Assembly: GCA_964527765.1 (NCBI GenBank)
Contig: CAZGQR010000003.1
Span: 75,366-139,365 of the forward strand
Source of the DNA: an uncultured Planctomycetia bacterium
GTDB lineage: Bacteria > Omnitrophota > Gorgyraeia > Tantalellales > Tantalellaceae
Direction of reading: 5' to 3'
Length of the DNA: 64,000 nt
Part shown: positions 1 to 9,137 of the stretch, piece after piece
Layout: each line of letters begins with the position of its first letter
Position numbering within the stretch: the stretch's first letter is position 1
The notes under the pieces: generated by a model
Told to the model about the DNA's origin: nothing
The model's input: the letters and a program-made list of their open reading frames with translations, nothing else
The model's database searches: none
Translations under genes and position numbers: made by a program

Positions 1-430
1 CCTGGAAAAGGCCGGCTATGATTTTTCCCTGGTCTGGTCATACTCGGGGCATGACGGGCATAATGCCAAGCCGGTCATGGATGAGATAGCGCAATATCAG
101 GTGGGAAATTACAAGTTCGCCAAACTGAAAAAAATGCCTCGTGAATATGTCAGGCACGCCTTCCTTTACATCCTTACGGCAAGGGAGCTTTTCATCGCGC
201 AAAGAAATACCAAGGCGGGCTCCGCGGGAAATGACCCCACGGATCCGGATTCCGAATTCTTTTCTTACCTTTCCGGGCGCGCGAAAAACATATCCGATGA
301 AAAGCTGCGTTATGCGGTCGAGGAGATACTTCTGATATCCATGCTCAAAGGCATACCGCTGAACCGCGGAAACATCAAATTCCTCCTGCTGGACGCCGTC
401 AGCGGCAGACAGCCCCGATCGCGCCAGTGA
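1..430 (+). CDS. hypothetical protein, 5'-truncated by the window edge (the frame is open from nt 2 upstream of the M at 77)
   Basis: Reading frame open from the window start to the stop at 430. No motif I recognise. Confidence 0.35.
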   Translation, partial: LEKAGYDFSLVWSYSGHDGHNAKPVMDEIAQYQVGNYKFAKLKKMPREYVRHAFLYILTARELFIAQRNTKAGSAGNDPTDPDSEFFSYLSGRAKNISDEKLRYAVEEILLISMLKGIPLNRGNIKFLLLDAVSGRQPRSRQ

Positions 431-460
431 TCAATAGGGTACGGTTTATCGCGCTAAGCG

Positions 461-871
461 TTATACTTTTGACGGCGGGGTGTTTTTCAGGTATTCCGTG
501 GAGGCTTTCCTGAAAGAAAGGCTTTTGCGGTTGTATAGGTTGCATTCTCTCCGGAACTGCGTGATCTCTCCGATCTCTTTTTCAAGCGTTAGGGGAAAGT
601 CTTTCGGAACATTAAAGAACTTGGCGCCGATGTTATAGATATTCTTCCCGAGCTGCCTGACATAGACGATGATCGCCTTCAGGCGGAACATCTTGTTCTT
701 AAGGAAGACGTGGACATGTACCTTGTCATTTTTGCGCACTTCTTCCGTGGCAGTGAACGCAATGCCCCCTCCGCTTACATCTACCAGATCAAGGGGCCCG
801 TTCACGTGCTTTTCATCCCCTTCGATCGGGTAAGCGGCCATATAACGCTTCCATTTTCTTCTTTCTACCAT
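461..871 (-). CDS. stand-alone PilZ-domain protein (putative c-di-GMP receptor), 137 aa
   Basis: Internal Met of the 263-aa track ORF gives MVERRKWKRY... with an RxxxR motif (RRKWKR) and DxSxxG (DVSGGG), which is the canonical PilZ c-di-GMP-binding signature. The longer N-extension overlaps the upstream membrane-protein gene, so I reject it. Confidence 0.65.
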   Translation of the reverse strand: MVERRKWKRYMAAYPIEGDEKHVNGPLDLVDVSGGGIAFTATEEVRKNDKVHVHVFLKNKMFRLKAIIVYVRQLGKNIYNIGAKFFNVPKDFPLTLEKEIGEITQFRRECNLYNRKSLSFRKASTEYLKNTPPSKV

Positions 872-975
872 AGCGTTTACAAGTATATCACAACAATTAA
901 AGCAAGTAAAGGTTAGTATATCAAAAAGTCGGATAGGCCGGAAAAATGCTGCTTTTTGCTTGCGGGACGCGAAAT

Positions 976-1608
976 TCAGCGGGCGGCATCGCCGTTTTCC
1001 GCTTCTTTGCCGACAAAAAGAAGAGGAAATATGATATCGCTTACGCAGCAGGGCACCCAAACGGCGAGAAATAAAAATAAAAAGACAGCCGCGTAGGAAA
1101 AGAAATTTAACGCTTTCCCTGCCGCCATGATAACATGAAAAAGCGACGCCCATGTGCTTACCAGAACATGTCCCGCGTGCGGAAACCGGGTCCTGGGCCA
1201 GAAATACGCAATGGTTATGCCGGCCACAGCGAGAGGGTTCACAAGCCACCATTCCTCGATAAAACCTATATGCGGTTCGGCGTGCGGCATCCCCAGGAGA
1301 AGTTCCCCGAGATAGGGTATGACCGAATCACTTAATGTCGCTATGCCGATCGATCCAACGTAGCCGACAATAAGCAGCGCCGCAATACTGCATCGTCCCC
1401 TGTCGGCCCTGCACTTATAATTTTTGTACATGGCGGCAGTAACCAGCGCGCTCAGGACAACGTGTATCGGATGAAGCGTGTAAAAAACATCGTAGGCGGT
1501 CCTGTAGGGCAGCTTGCAGAAAAACAGCATGATGACCACTCCTGTCAACGCGCCAAAAGCGGTAAACGGGGCATGCCTTCTCAGCTCGTACAGGATTGTG
1601 CTTTTCAT
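976..1608 (-). CDS. polytopic integral membrane protein, His-rich, function unknown
   Basis: 210 aa with about 6 hydrophobic spans and several His clusters (HPIHV, HAEPH, HAGH). Co-directional with the EPS genes. Confidence 0.45.
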   Translation of the reverse strand: MKSTILYELRRHAPFTAFGALTGVVIMLFFCKLPYRTAYDVFYTLHPIHVVLSALVTAAMYKNYKCRADRGRCSIAALLIVGYVGSIGIATLSDSVIPYLGELLLGMPHAEPHIGFIEEWWLVNPLAVAGITIAYFWPRTRFPHAGHVLVSTWASLFHVIMAAGKALNFFSYAAVFLFLFLAVWVPCCVSDIIFPLLFVGKEAENGDAAR

Positions 1609-1621
1609 GTGCGGAAAGCTC

Positions 1622-2662
1622 TTACTCGCTCAGTAATCTCTCAAACAGGTCTATATACCGCCTGGCTATTCTTTTCGGTGAATGCGCTTCCACGAATTTA
1701 TCCGCGTCTTCTATAAGGTGTTTCCGCTTCTTCTCGCTGCCAAGCAGGTCGATGAGTCTCTTGTTCAGGGCGGTAATGTCCCTGTAGTGGATCACTTCGC
1801 TTGTCCAGTCATGAAAAAAATCCGACTGACTGGGGACGAATATCGGACAGCCGGCGCCCATCGCCTGATAGACGGTCGACGAGACAACAGCGTGGAACCG
1901 GCTCTGGAATTTATGAAGGATGACCGCGTCCGAGGCAAAAAGGTAATCATCGAATTCTTTCGTCGACAAAGCATTGCATTTTCGCACTATCCGCCAATCG
2001 GTGGGGGTCAGCTCCTCAAGCATCTGGTAATCTTTGGCAACAAGATGCAAAAGGACCGCCTTTCTTTTGAGCTTCGGGGGCAGATCCCTGTAATAGGAAT
2101 GATACCCGCGCATGCCGAACGAATAGATGATCTTCTTGTCCAGCGGAAGTTTCAGCCTTTTTCTGGCCGCGGTTTTTTTGCACCTCCTCAGCTCCCAGGC
2201 GGGAAACGGGATATATTCCGCATCCGGGTAGATCTTCCGCAGGAAGTCCTGCCTGTGATCGAAATAAACGATCTTATCCCAGTCTATCTCATAAAACCAC
2301 GAATGGTCGCATATCCTGTTCTCGTGGACAACGTGCACCAGTTTTGCCTTCTTCCTCAGCACGGGGATTATATTGGACAATTTTTCCACCGGCAGCATTC
2401 CCAGGTCTTCGACAAGAAGCACGTCAAAATCGGTTTCCAGGAACGGGCGGGCATCCAGAGCATAAGTCCCTGTCCTTGTCCCGAAACATCTTTTCACGTA
2501 ACTTTCGTCCTTGGCGGTGATACCCTCCCCGTGATAATCATGCCTCGAAAAGGTGAACACCGTTACCTTGTGCCCCATCTCCCTGAAGGCCCTGCCTATG
2601 GGCTCCGCGTGCATCGCGACTCCGCTATTTGTATTCCATGCAGCCATGATTCCTATTTTCAT
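1622..2662 (-). CDS. GT4-like (GT-B fold) glycosyltransferase-like protein
   Basis: Start placed at MKIGIMAAW, which has a GAAGGAGGA RBS 7 nt upstream. The C-terminal SSTVYQAMGAGCPIFV resembles the GT4 'E..AMA.G.PVI' motif but has Q in place of the usual E. Confidence 0.55.
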   Translation of the reverse strand: MKIGIMAAWNTNSGVAMHAEPIGRAFREMGHKVTVFTFSRHDYHGEGITAKDESYVKRCFGTRTGTYALDARPFLETDFDVLLVEDLGMLPVEKLSNIIPVLRKKAKLVHVVHENRICDHSWFYEIDWDKIVYFDHRQDFLRKIYPDAEYIPFPAWELRRCKKTAARKRLKLPLDKKIIYSFGMRGYHSYYRDLPPKLKRKAVLLHLVAKDYQMLEELTPTDWRIVRKCNALSTKEFDDYLFASDAVILHKFQSRFHAVVSSTVYQAMGAGCPIFVPSQSDFFHDWTSEVIHYRDITALNKRLIDLLGSEKKRKHLIEDADKFVEAHSPKRIARRYIDLFERLLSE

Positions 2663-2710
2663 TCCGTATCCTCCTTCTGGCAGAACGTTTCTGCAGTCGC
2701 CCAAATATTA

Positions 2711-3778
2711 TCATGTAAACGGAACTTTTGCAAGGCGGTCCTCTTTTAAGATGTCCGAAACCGTTCCCTGCCACTCCGTGTCCCCGTAACGTATCTTCCG
2801 GAAATGCCAGTATTCGGCCCCCCAGAGCAAGATGGCGTCAACTCCAAGCTCCCGGAATTCCCTGAAAAGTTCCGCCATCATCTCGGGCGCACTCGTCAAT
2901 ACCGCCCCTTCCCCTTTATGGACCAGCTGGCCGGGCTCCCAGGGTTCCGCTTGAAGCTCCGCGATCCAGGCCTTTTTTCCCTTACTTTGCGCGAGCGCCA
3001 GGACTTTTGAAAAATATCTCTCCCGCTCCTTCCGGCTGGTGCGGAAATATAGATCCGCGTTCCAGAACTCTTTTCCTACGACCGGATAGACATTAAGCCC
3101 CAGGATATCGCCTATGGCCAGGCATTCCCTGACGGGGTCATGCCGGCTAAGAAGGCGGTTGAGAAAGCGAAGGATCCTGTTGGGATATGTTGCCGTCGTC
3201 AAAAGGATCGGGCGCTTTCTCCCGTCGAGGCTCCTTACAAGCTCCACTTCCTGCTCTAAAAAAGCCCTGCCTATAAACCAGTATTGCCTCCCGGTGCGGT
3301 TCAGCGGCTCGTTCTCAACCTGCCACCAATGTATGATGGAATCGTCCTTATAGCGATCTACGACTTTTCTTATGAATTGAAGCGTGCGTTTTCGCAGATA
3401 TTCGTCTCTTGAGACATCCGTGCCGAAGGAAAGAGAAGTTCTTTTCAAGACCCAGTCGGGGATAAAATATTCGGGCCACCGGGGAGCCTTCATGCCTACC
3501 GTCAGCGCAACAGGGACCTTCTTTTTCGCGGCTTCATGTATCTGCCAGTCAAGAGCGGAAAAGTCATAGACATTTTCTTCTTTCTCTATTTCGTCCCAGT
3601 AGGCTCCCAGGCGAATAAGGTCGAACCCGGCCTCGAGTATGGAAAGATAGGTTTTTTCCCGGTCCATCCCCAGGTATTCGCTCTGGCGCGGACTGTAGGT
3701 CGTTCCTATTTGCACCGGTCCCGCATACAGCGCCGAGCACTGGAAAACAAATAATACCGCGAGGGCAAGCGCCTTCAT
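2711..3778 (-). CDS. secreted clan GH-A (TIM-barrel) glycoside hydrolase, GH5/GH39/GH42-like
   Basis: N-terminal signal peptide (MKALALAVLFVFQCSALYA). IIHWWQVENEP matches the conserved NEP acid/base motif of clan GH-A. Positioned like PslG or BcsZ in synthase-dependent EPS loci. Confidence 0.55.
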   Translation of the reverse strand: MKALALAVLFVFQCSALYAGPVQIGTTYSPRQSEYLGMDREKTYLSILEAGFDLIRLGAYWDEIEKEENVYDFSALDWQIHEAAKKKVPVALTVGMKAPRWPEYFIPDWVLKRTSLSFGTDVSRDEYLRKRTLQFIRKVVDRYKDDSIIHWWQVENEPLNRTGRQYWFIGRAFLEQEVELVRSLDGRKRPILLTTATYPNRILRFLNRLLSRHDPVRECLAIGDILGLNVYPVVGKEFWNADLYFRTSRKERERYFSKVLALAQSKGKKAWIAELQAEPWEPGQLVHKGEGAVLTSAPEMMAELFREFRELGVDAILLWGAEYWHFRKIRYGDTEWQGTVSDILKEDRLAKVPFT

Positions 3779-3785
3779 AGACTTG

Positions 3786-5423
3786 TTATTTCCGTTTTTT
3801 GTCGGTGACCCAGAACGTCATATACCTGCCGAACATGAGCCGCGTCTGGGCATCCAGCGCAGGCAATGCGCTCAAAAAGATGATCGTCAGCGGGACCAGC
3901 AGCCACTGCAAGGCGAACCCTATCCTTTTAAAAATAGGATGTTTTTCTTTCTTTTCGGGCAGCAGCAGCAGGCTCAGTATGATGCTTGTGATCAGCGAGA
4001 GTGTCGCGAGGTGAAATATGGTTCCTGTGATGCGCGGCGCGCTGTAATAAAAGACGGAGTGCGAAAAATCCCTTCCGGCGAAAATAGCCGGCAGCCACCC
4101 GATGATCGTAAGCAGAAAAGCCCAGGTCGTCCAGGAAATATGGCCTTCGAACAATTTATACCCGCACTTTATCCTGCTCATGAGGGGTATGCCGCTCTTT
4201 TTCAAAAAGGCCCTCATCACTATGGGAAAATTTTCCACTCCCCAGGCCCATCGTCTTTTCTGCTTGTAGACATTGACGACCGTCTGCCACCATGTATCTG
4301 CGACCACCGCATCCATGGAAAGCGTGGTATACATCGGGACCACATGATATTTTCCGTCATAATGGACAAATGCTTTCCAGAATATAGCCGAGTCGTCCGA
4401 GATCATATCCACCGGCCAGTACCCTACTTCGACCAACGCTTTAAAACTCATGCTGTGGCTTGAAAACGTGACCAGCGTCTGGGGGTTGGTCGCCTCGATG
4501 AGCTGAAAAAAGGAAGACCCCGCCTCAAGGACCCTGGTGATCCCCGGCGCATCCCAGATATTATTGTTGTACACCGGTACGGGCTGAAAGCTTGCGCGGG
4601 TCCTCCACGGACATATCAAGAAATAATAAGTAAGGCTTGCGAAATACATGGGGCTCACCACTGTATCCGCGTCAAAACAGGATGAGATCACATTATCAAA
4701 ATGGATCTTTCGCTCCGCGAAATATTCCGCTGCTCTCTTCGCCGCAAAGGTCGTGTTGGCTCCCTTGGCCCGGGCCTCGCCGACAATACCGTCGGGGTGA
4801 ACGACTATCAGTATATCGAAAAAAGAGTCCCGGTAAACGTCCCTGATCTGTTCTGCCCCCTTTTTGACTTCCCCGCTCGCTCTTTCTTCCAGGGCCAGGA
4901 TCACCACGATCTGCTTCGGGGGAAATGTTCCTGCGGCAAGGCTTGCGATGCCCGGCTCGACGACTTCACGCGTCTCCTTGGCTACCGGGATAATGACCAG
5001 ATGATAAATATCCGCTGAAAGCGGCTGGTCGCCCCCGGCCCCTTTCAGGGATTCGACCTCCCTGCGATGGCATAACAGCGAGACCTTCTCCCTCGCATCC
5101 CCCGTTAAGGGCCGTTTCTTGAGCTGCCCAAGATATTCATCAAGCCGGTCCAGGCCGCGCACTCTTTCCATCCAGTCGGTCTTCTTCTCGACAGAAAGCC
5201 TGAGATAGGAAAGAATAAGGAAAAGGGTCATGTATAACAACTTTAAAAGCCAGTAAAAATAAAAAGCGATTATTATCACGGCGGCGGCGAGGGGATGCAC
5301 AAAAGCCAGGATGGCCAGCCCTATGATGATGGTCCAGCTCGTTGCGCCGGGGACGATCTCAAAAAAACGCTGAAGTGTTCTTTCCCGTCCGGTCAGCTTA
5401 TTGCCGGTGAAGTCGAACCTCAT
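3786..5423 (-). CDS. processive family-2 glycosyltransferase (polysaccharide synthase), membrane embedded
   Basis: 2 N-terminal and about 4 C-terminal TM segments around a GT-A domain carrying DxD (FDADT) and QxxRW (QKRRWAWG). This is the architecture of cellulose, chitin, PNAG and hyaluronan synthases. 4-nt overlap with the upstream PEGA gene. Confidence 0.7.
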   Translation of the reverse strand: MRFDFTGNKLTGRERTLQRFFEIVPGATSWTIIIGLAILAFVHPLAAAVIIIAFYFYWLLKLLYMTLFLILSYLRLSVEKKTDWMERVRGLDRLDEYLGQLKKRPLTGDAREKVSLLCHRREVESLKGAGGDQPLSADIYHLVIIPVAKETREVVEPGIASLAAGTFPPKQIVVILALEERASGEVKKGAEQIRDVYRDSFFDILIVVHPDGIVGEARAKGANTTFAAKRAAEYFAERKIHFDNVISSCFDADTVVSPMYFASLTYYFLICPWRTRASFQPVPVYNNNIWDAPGITRVLEAGSSFFQLIEATNPQTLVTFSSHSMSFKALVEVGYWPVDMISDDSAIFWKAFVHYDGKYHVVPMYTTLSMDAVVADTWWQTVVNVYKQKRRWAWGVENFPIVMRAFLKKSGIPLMSRIKCGYKLFEGHISWTTWAFLLTIIGWLPAIFAGRDFSHSVFYYSAPRITGTIFHLATLSLITSIILSLLLLPEKKEKHPIFKRIGFALQWLLVPLTIIFLSALPALDAQTRLMFGRYMTFWVTDKKRK

Positions 5424-6886
5424 GATCCTCCTGTTTGTTCGGTTTTATTTTCTTCCGTTGCTGCGGGAAAAGGCGTCGGGACCATGCCCTTGCTGGGCAC
5501 TATCTCGACCGAAAGAAGGTTCTCCGTCCCGGGTTCAAGAAAATACATTTTCCCCGTCTGTTCCGCATAATAGACCGCGCTTTTATCTTTCACATGAAAA
5601 AGATGATCCAGCGTGAACTCGCCATATTCCTCTATCTCTATCAGGAAAACGTCATTACCGTCCCGAAACAGTATGTGCGACCCCTCGTATACCCAGAAAC
5701 ACTGTTCGATGTCCTTGCCCTCCCTGTAGGCCCACGAAAGGGTAGGGCCTTTTTCGAACTGCACATCCTGTGTTTCCTCGGTCGAGAAGTCCAGTATCCC
5801 GATCCTGTCTTTCTGCCATACAAGCGCGCGCTCGAGTTTCGGATCGAATTCGACTCCCCTTACGCCTTTTTCGATAAACCGGTACGGGAGGCGGTTCGCC
5901 AGAAGCTTTCCGTCCTCACCCAGAAAAAGCATATAATCTTCGGAAAGAACCCTTACGTGAAAAAACCCCTTTTGTCCGAAGATAGAGGCGCCCAGCGCCT
6001 GATCGTCCATCAGCACTTTTTTGCTTTTTGTGTCATAGCTCATTTTCAAAAAAATATTATCACCGTGCAGAACGTATACTTCGCCGTTGAGCAGGCCGTA
6101 CCCCCGGACGTTCGGAACGCACCTTGGGTAGACCGCGCCGGAATCTACCTCCACCCGGCTCAGATAGTCTTCCTGAAAGGCAAAAAGAGTTTTTTCCTGC
6201 CCGGGCAGCCATTTGACCGCGCTGGGCACAACAGGGAAAAGCCCCGTAATATCTTCAACTGCATCCTTGTCTTCTCCGAGCTCTACCCATAGAAATCTCT
6301 CCCCGCCCCGGGAAGCAAGGCGCAAAATGACAACACAACTTTCCCTCACCGTAAAATATGACGCCAGTTCAGCGCCCGCAAAAGGAGAGTCTTTTTCAAA
6401 CAGCGCATGCGCTTTTTCGTTATTGTAATCGTATACCAGGATATCCCCCGCCGCCGGCCCGCCTGCAGCGAGAAAAAAGCCGCTTCCGGGAACGGGGAGC
6501 AGGTCCTGTATCCTATCGGGAAGAAGGGTGCTGGTTTTCCACTGAAGCGGCAGCAGCAGGATCTTGTCCAAAACCGTTGCTTTTTCAACTTCTACGGGGA
6601 CCGTCTGAGACCAGGGTTTATGATCATCCAGGGTCAGCTTGACGGGATAATCGCCCGGGACGAGCCCGCGGACCACAGTCGGGGTATTCTCCGCGTACTG
6701 ACTGTCCTTCAGGTAAATGGCGGCACCGGTCGGAGCGGTCGATAAATAGATCACCCCTGTTTGCACAACGCTCTCCTCCGCCCCGGGCCTGTAAATGTAC
6801 CCGAACGCATACAGAAGAATAAGCGGGCACAAGATTATGTATATGGCGGCAAAAATGTAAAAGAAGATCCTTCTTAAAAGCTGCAT
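5420..6886 (-). CDS. PEGA-domain membrane protein with a large beta-rich C-terminal domain
   Basis: N-terminal TM helix followed by a clear PEGA domain (VIYLSTAPTGAAIYLKDSQYAENTPTVVRGLVPGDYPVKLTL). Translationally coupled to the GT2 synthase. Confidence 0.6.
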   Translation of the reverse strand: MQLLRRIFFYIFAAIYIILCPLILLYAFGYIYRPGAEESVVQTGVIYLSTAPTGAAIYLKDSQYAENTPTVVRGLVPGDYPVKLTLDDHKPWSQTVPVEVEKATVLDKILLLPLQWKTSTLLPDRIQDLLPVPGSGFFLAAGGPAAGDILVYDYNNEKAHALFEKDSPFAGAELASYFTVRESCVVILRLASRGGERFLWVELGEDKDAVEDITGLFPVVPSAVKWLPGQEKTLFAFQEDYLSRVEVDSGAVYPRCVPNVRGYGLLNGEVYVLHGDNIFLKMSYDTKSKKVLMDDQALGASIFGQKGFFHVRVLSEDYMLFLGEDGKLLANRLPYRFIEKGVRGVEFDPKLERALVWQKDRIGILDFSTEETQDVQFEKGPTLSWAYREGKDIEQCFWVYEGSHILFRDGNDVFLIEIEEYGEFTLDHLFHVKDKSAVYYAEQTGKMYFLEPGTENLLSVEIVPSKGMVPTPFPAATEENKTEQTGGS

Positions 6887-6895
6887 ATCTTCTCT

Positions 6896-8323
6896 CTACC
6901 TTTCCAGTCCTTCCCAGATAACTTCGAAACGCTTCTTAAGATCATCGGTGGAGAACGGCCAGACCGTGCGCCCGTAAAGAGCCTGGGTTACTTCCTTGTA
7001 GGAAAGCTTGTTCATCCTGAACTTAGGTATTTTATTGTCGATCTCAAGACAGTAGCGCATGAGCAGGAGCTGTTTCTGGACCATGTGGGGAAGCAAAAAG
7101 TGCTGCTGCACGGTCTCCCGGGCATGCTTGCTGAGAGTTTCCCGCAGCAGTTTATCTTCCAGGATAGACCTTATTGCCCGGAATATTTCGGCGCGCTCAT
7201 AAGGCTCGACCAGAAAACCGTTATGCCCGTTCACGACCTGCTTCTTTATCCCCCCGACCTTACTGCCTACCACGGGAGTCCCCTGCCACATCGCCTCAGA
7301 GACCACAAGACCGAACCCTTCCTTTGTGGAAACATGGACAAAGCAATCGGCGATCGTCAGAAGCGAGCCGATGATCTCGTCGTTATTTTCCACATTGAGC
7401 AAAAGGTGGATGTCCTCTTCTCCCTCGGCGGCTTTTTTCATCTCTTCGTACATCTTCATGCCCTCGGGGTCGTCGGTGGCGGAATTGCCGACCAGGATAA
7501 GGAGCGGGTGGGCCCCTTTTATGGGATTTTTTTTCAGAAGTTTAAACGCTTCTATGATAGCCCTCTGGTTCTTATGAATATCGTACCGTGATACCGCTGC
7601 CACTATCGGCCGTTCCGGATCTATATTATGCTTGTTGAACAATTGTTCCAGGGTCTTCAGGGCCTCCTTCCTGGAGCGGGGTTTATTCTTCGCCCGCAGG
7701 GGGTCGATCGAGGGGGTTATTTCGTAAGCGGGGATCTGTATGTTGTCCCTCATAAATTCCTTCGCCGTAAAGATAGCCCCTTCGTATTGGTTGATATAAG
7801 GAAGCAGAAAACGCCAGATCCTGCGGCTGGCGCTTGAAGTATCTATATGGCACCGCCAGAATATGTGGCCGTATACATTGCCGTTCATGATTATAGCGGC
7901 GGGCTGCGGGTCGTGGATAGTGACCATGTGCCCCACGACTTCTACCCCGCGGGTATTTTCATCGATCGTGTCAAGATAGGCGTGGAAGATCTCCCTGAGC
8001 GTGATGGTCTGGTCGACCCCCTGAAGCAGGTTGTGGAATTTCTTCGTCACCGTGAAAAATTCTTCGCTGCCCTCTATGACGAACCACCTTGCGTCGATGC
8101 CGAGCCCTCTCGCGAACGGTACCACGCTCTGGAGCATCTCCGCGACGCCGCCGCCGATAAAAGTGGAGTTTACGTTCGCCCATACTTTCTTCTCCAGGTC
8201 CCCGGCCAGGAACTTGATATTGTCCATCAATTCCTTCCCGACAAAAGGCTCATACAGATCGACATTAACGGGCTCAAGCGGAACATATTCGTTCCCGTAT
8301 TTTCTGCTCTTATCATCAAACAT
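6896..8323 (-). CDS. GT4-family glycosyltransferase, trehalose synthase (TreT)-like
   Basis: GT-B fold with a C-terminal EGFGLVVSEAMWQGTPVV motif (GT4 E-x7-E region). Overlaps otsB by 8 nt. The TreT assignment comes from overall similarity and context only. Confidence 0.5.
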   Translation of the reverse strand: MFDDKSRKYGNEYVPLEPVNVDLYEPFVGKELMDNIKFLAGDLEKKVWANVNSTFIGGGVAEMLQSVVPFARGLGIDARWFVIEGSEEFFTVTKKFHNLLQGVDQTITLREIFHAYLDTIDENTRGVEVVGHMVTIHDPQPAAIIMNGNVYGHIFWRCHIDTSSASRRIWRFLLPYINQYEGAIFTAKEFMRDNIQIPAYEITPSIDPLRAKNKPRSRKEALKTLEQLFNKHNIDPERPIVAAVSRYDIHKNQRAIIEAFKLLKKNPIKGAHPLLILVGNSATDDPEGMKMYEEMKKAAEGEEDIHLLLNVENNDEIIGSLLTIADCFVHVSTKEGFGLVVSEAMWQGTPVVGSKVGGIKKQVVNGHNGFLVEPYERAEIFRAIRSILEDKLLRETLSKHARETVQQHFLLPHMVQKQLLLMRYCLEIDNKIPKFRMNKLSYKEVTQALYGRTVWPFSTDDLKKRFEVIWEGLER

Positions 8324-9131
8324 GTCCTTCTAACCCCCTTTTCAGCGTAAAAAGCAACCCGAGGAATCTTCTTACTTCTCCCGTGTCGCTCAAATAATAA
8401 TCGGCAAAGCTGGACCGGCCGCCGCCCTTTCCTACTTTTATGGTATACCCGCGGCGCTTTAAAAGGCGGAACGCATCTTCATCCGTCCTGTCGTCGCCGA
8501 TATAGAATGGGACTATCCTGCCTTTTATTTGTTTCTGTTTTTCTCCAAGCAAATGCAGGGCTGTCTTCCCCTTGTCCCATTTTACCGGAGGCCGGATCTC
8601 CCACACCTTTTTGCCTTTCGTTATAACGACCCTTCCCCGGGCACTATACGGTCCCGCGATGCTCTTGAAGATGTTTTCGGCTTGTTTTACCCTGCGCTTA
8701 TCGACCATCCGGAAATGAACGCTCAAGGTCAAGGTCTTGTCCTCTATATAGATACCCCTGAAGGAACGGTACCTTTTTTTTAATTCTCTGCCTATCTTGC
8801 TGATCGTTCTCTTTGCCTTCAGGGCCTCCGGCACGACATGCCGCAGACCCGGGCCCCTGGCTTCCAGGCCGTGATTGCCGGCATAAACGATGCCTGAGAC
8901 GCCGACGCGCCTCCGGACATCCCGGAGCGCCCGGCCGCTTATGACCGCTACCGATATATTTTCCCGGGAAAGGAGTTTTTTCAATGCTTTCGCGGTGGCA
9001 CCGCTCAGTCTGACCTTTTTCGGGTGCCTCCTGATCAGGGTAAGAGTCCCGTCAAAATCAAGAAAAAGATAAAGATATTTATTCCTGACTTCATCCGCTA
9101 TTTCCGGCCACTTTTTAATCAAGTGTTCCAT
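8316..9131 (-). CDS. otsB: trehalose-6-phosphate phosphatase
   Basis: HAD motif I (LFLDFDGTL) plus overall similarity to OtsB. Immediately downstream of otsA. Confidence 0.75.
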   Translation of the reverse strand: MEHLIKKWPEIADEVRNKYLYLFLDFDGTLTLIRRHPKKVRLSGATAKALKKLLSRENISVAVISGRALRDVRRRVGVSGIVYAGNHGLEARGPGLRHVVPEALKAKRTISKIGRELKKRYRSFRGIYIEDKTLTLSVHFRMVDKRRVKQAENIFKSIAGPYSARGRVVITKGKKVWEIRPPVKWDKGKTALHLLGEKQKQIKGRIVPFYIGDDRTDEDAFRLLKRRGYTIKVGKGGGRSSFADYYLSDTGEVRRFLGLLFTLKRGLEGHV

Positions 9132-9137
9132 TCTCTT

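Noticed and set aside
872-1252. N-terminal extension of the PilZ ORF (263-aa version)
   Set aside because: It overlaps the real membrane-protein gene in another frame. The PilZ domain begins at the internal Met (871).
1682-2749. 355-aa plus-strand ORF
   Set aside because: It is fully antisense to the GT4-like gene, with no motifs. It is a GC3-driven shadow ORF.
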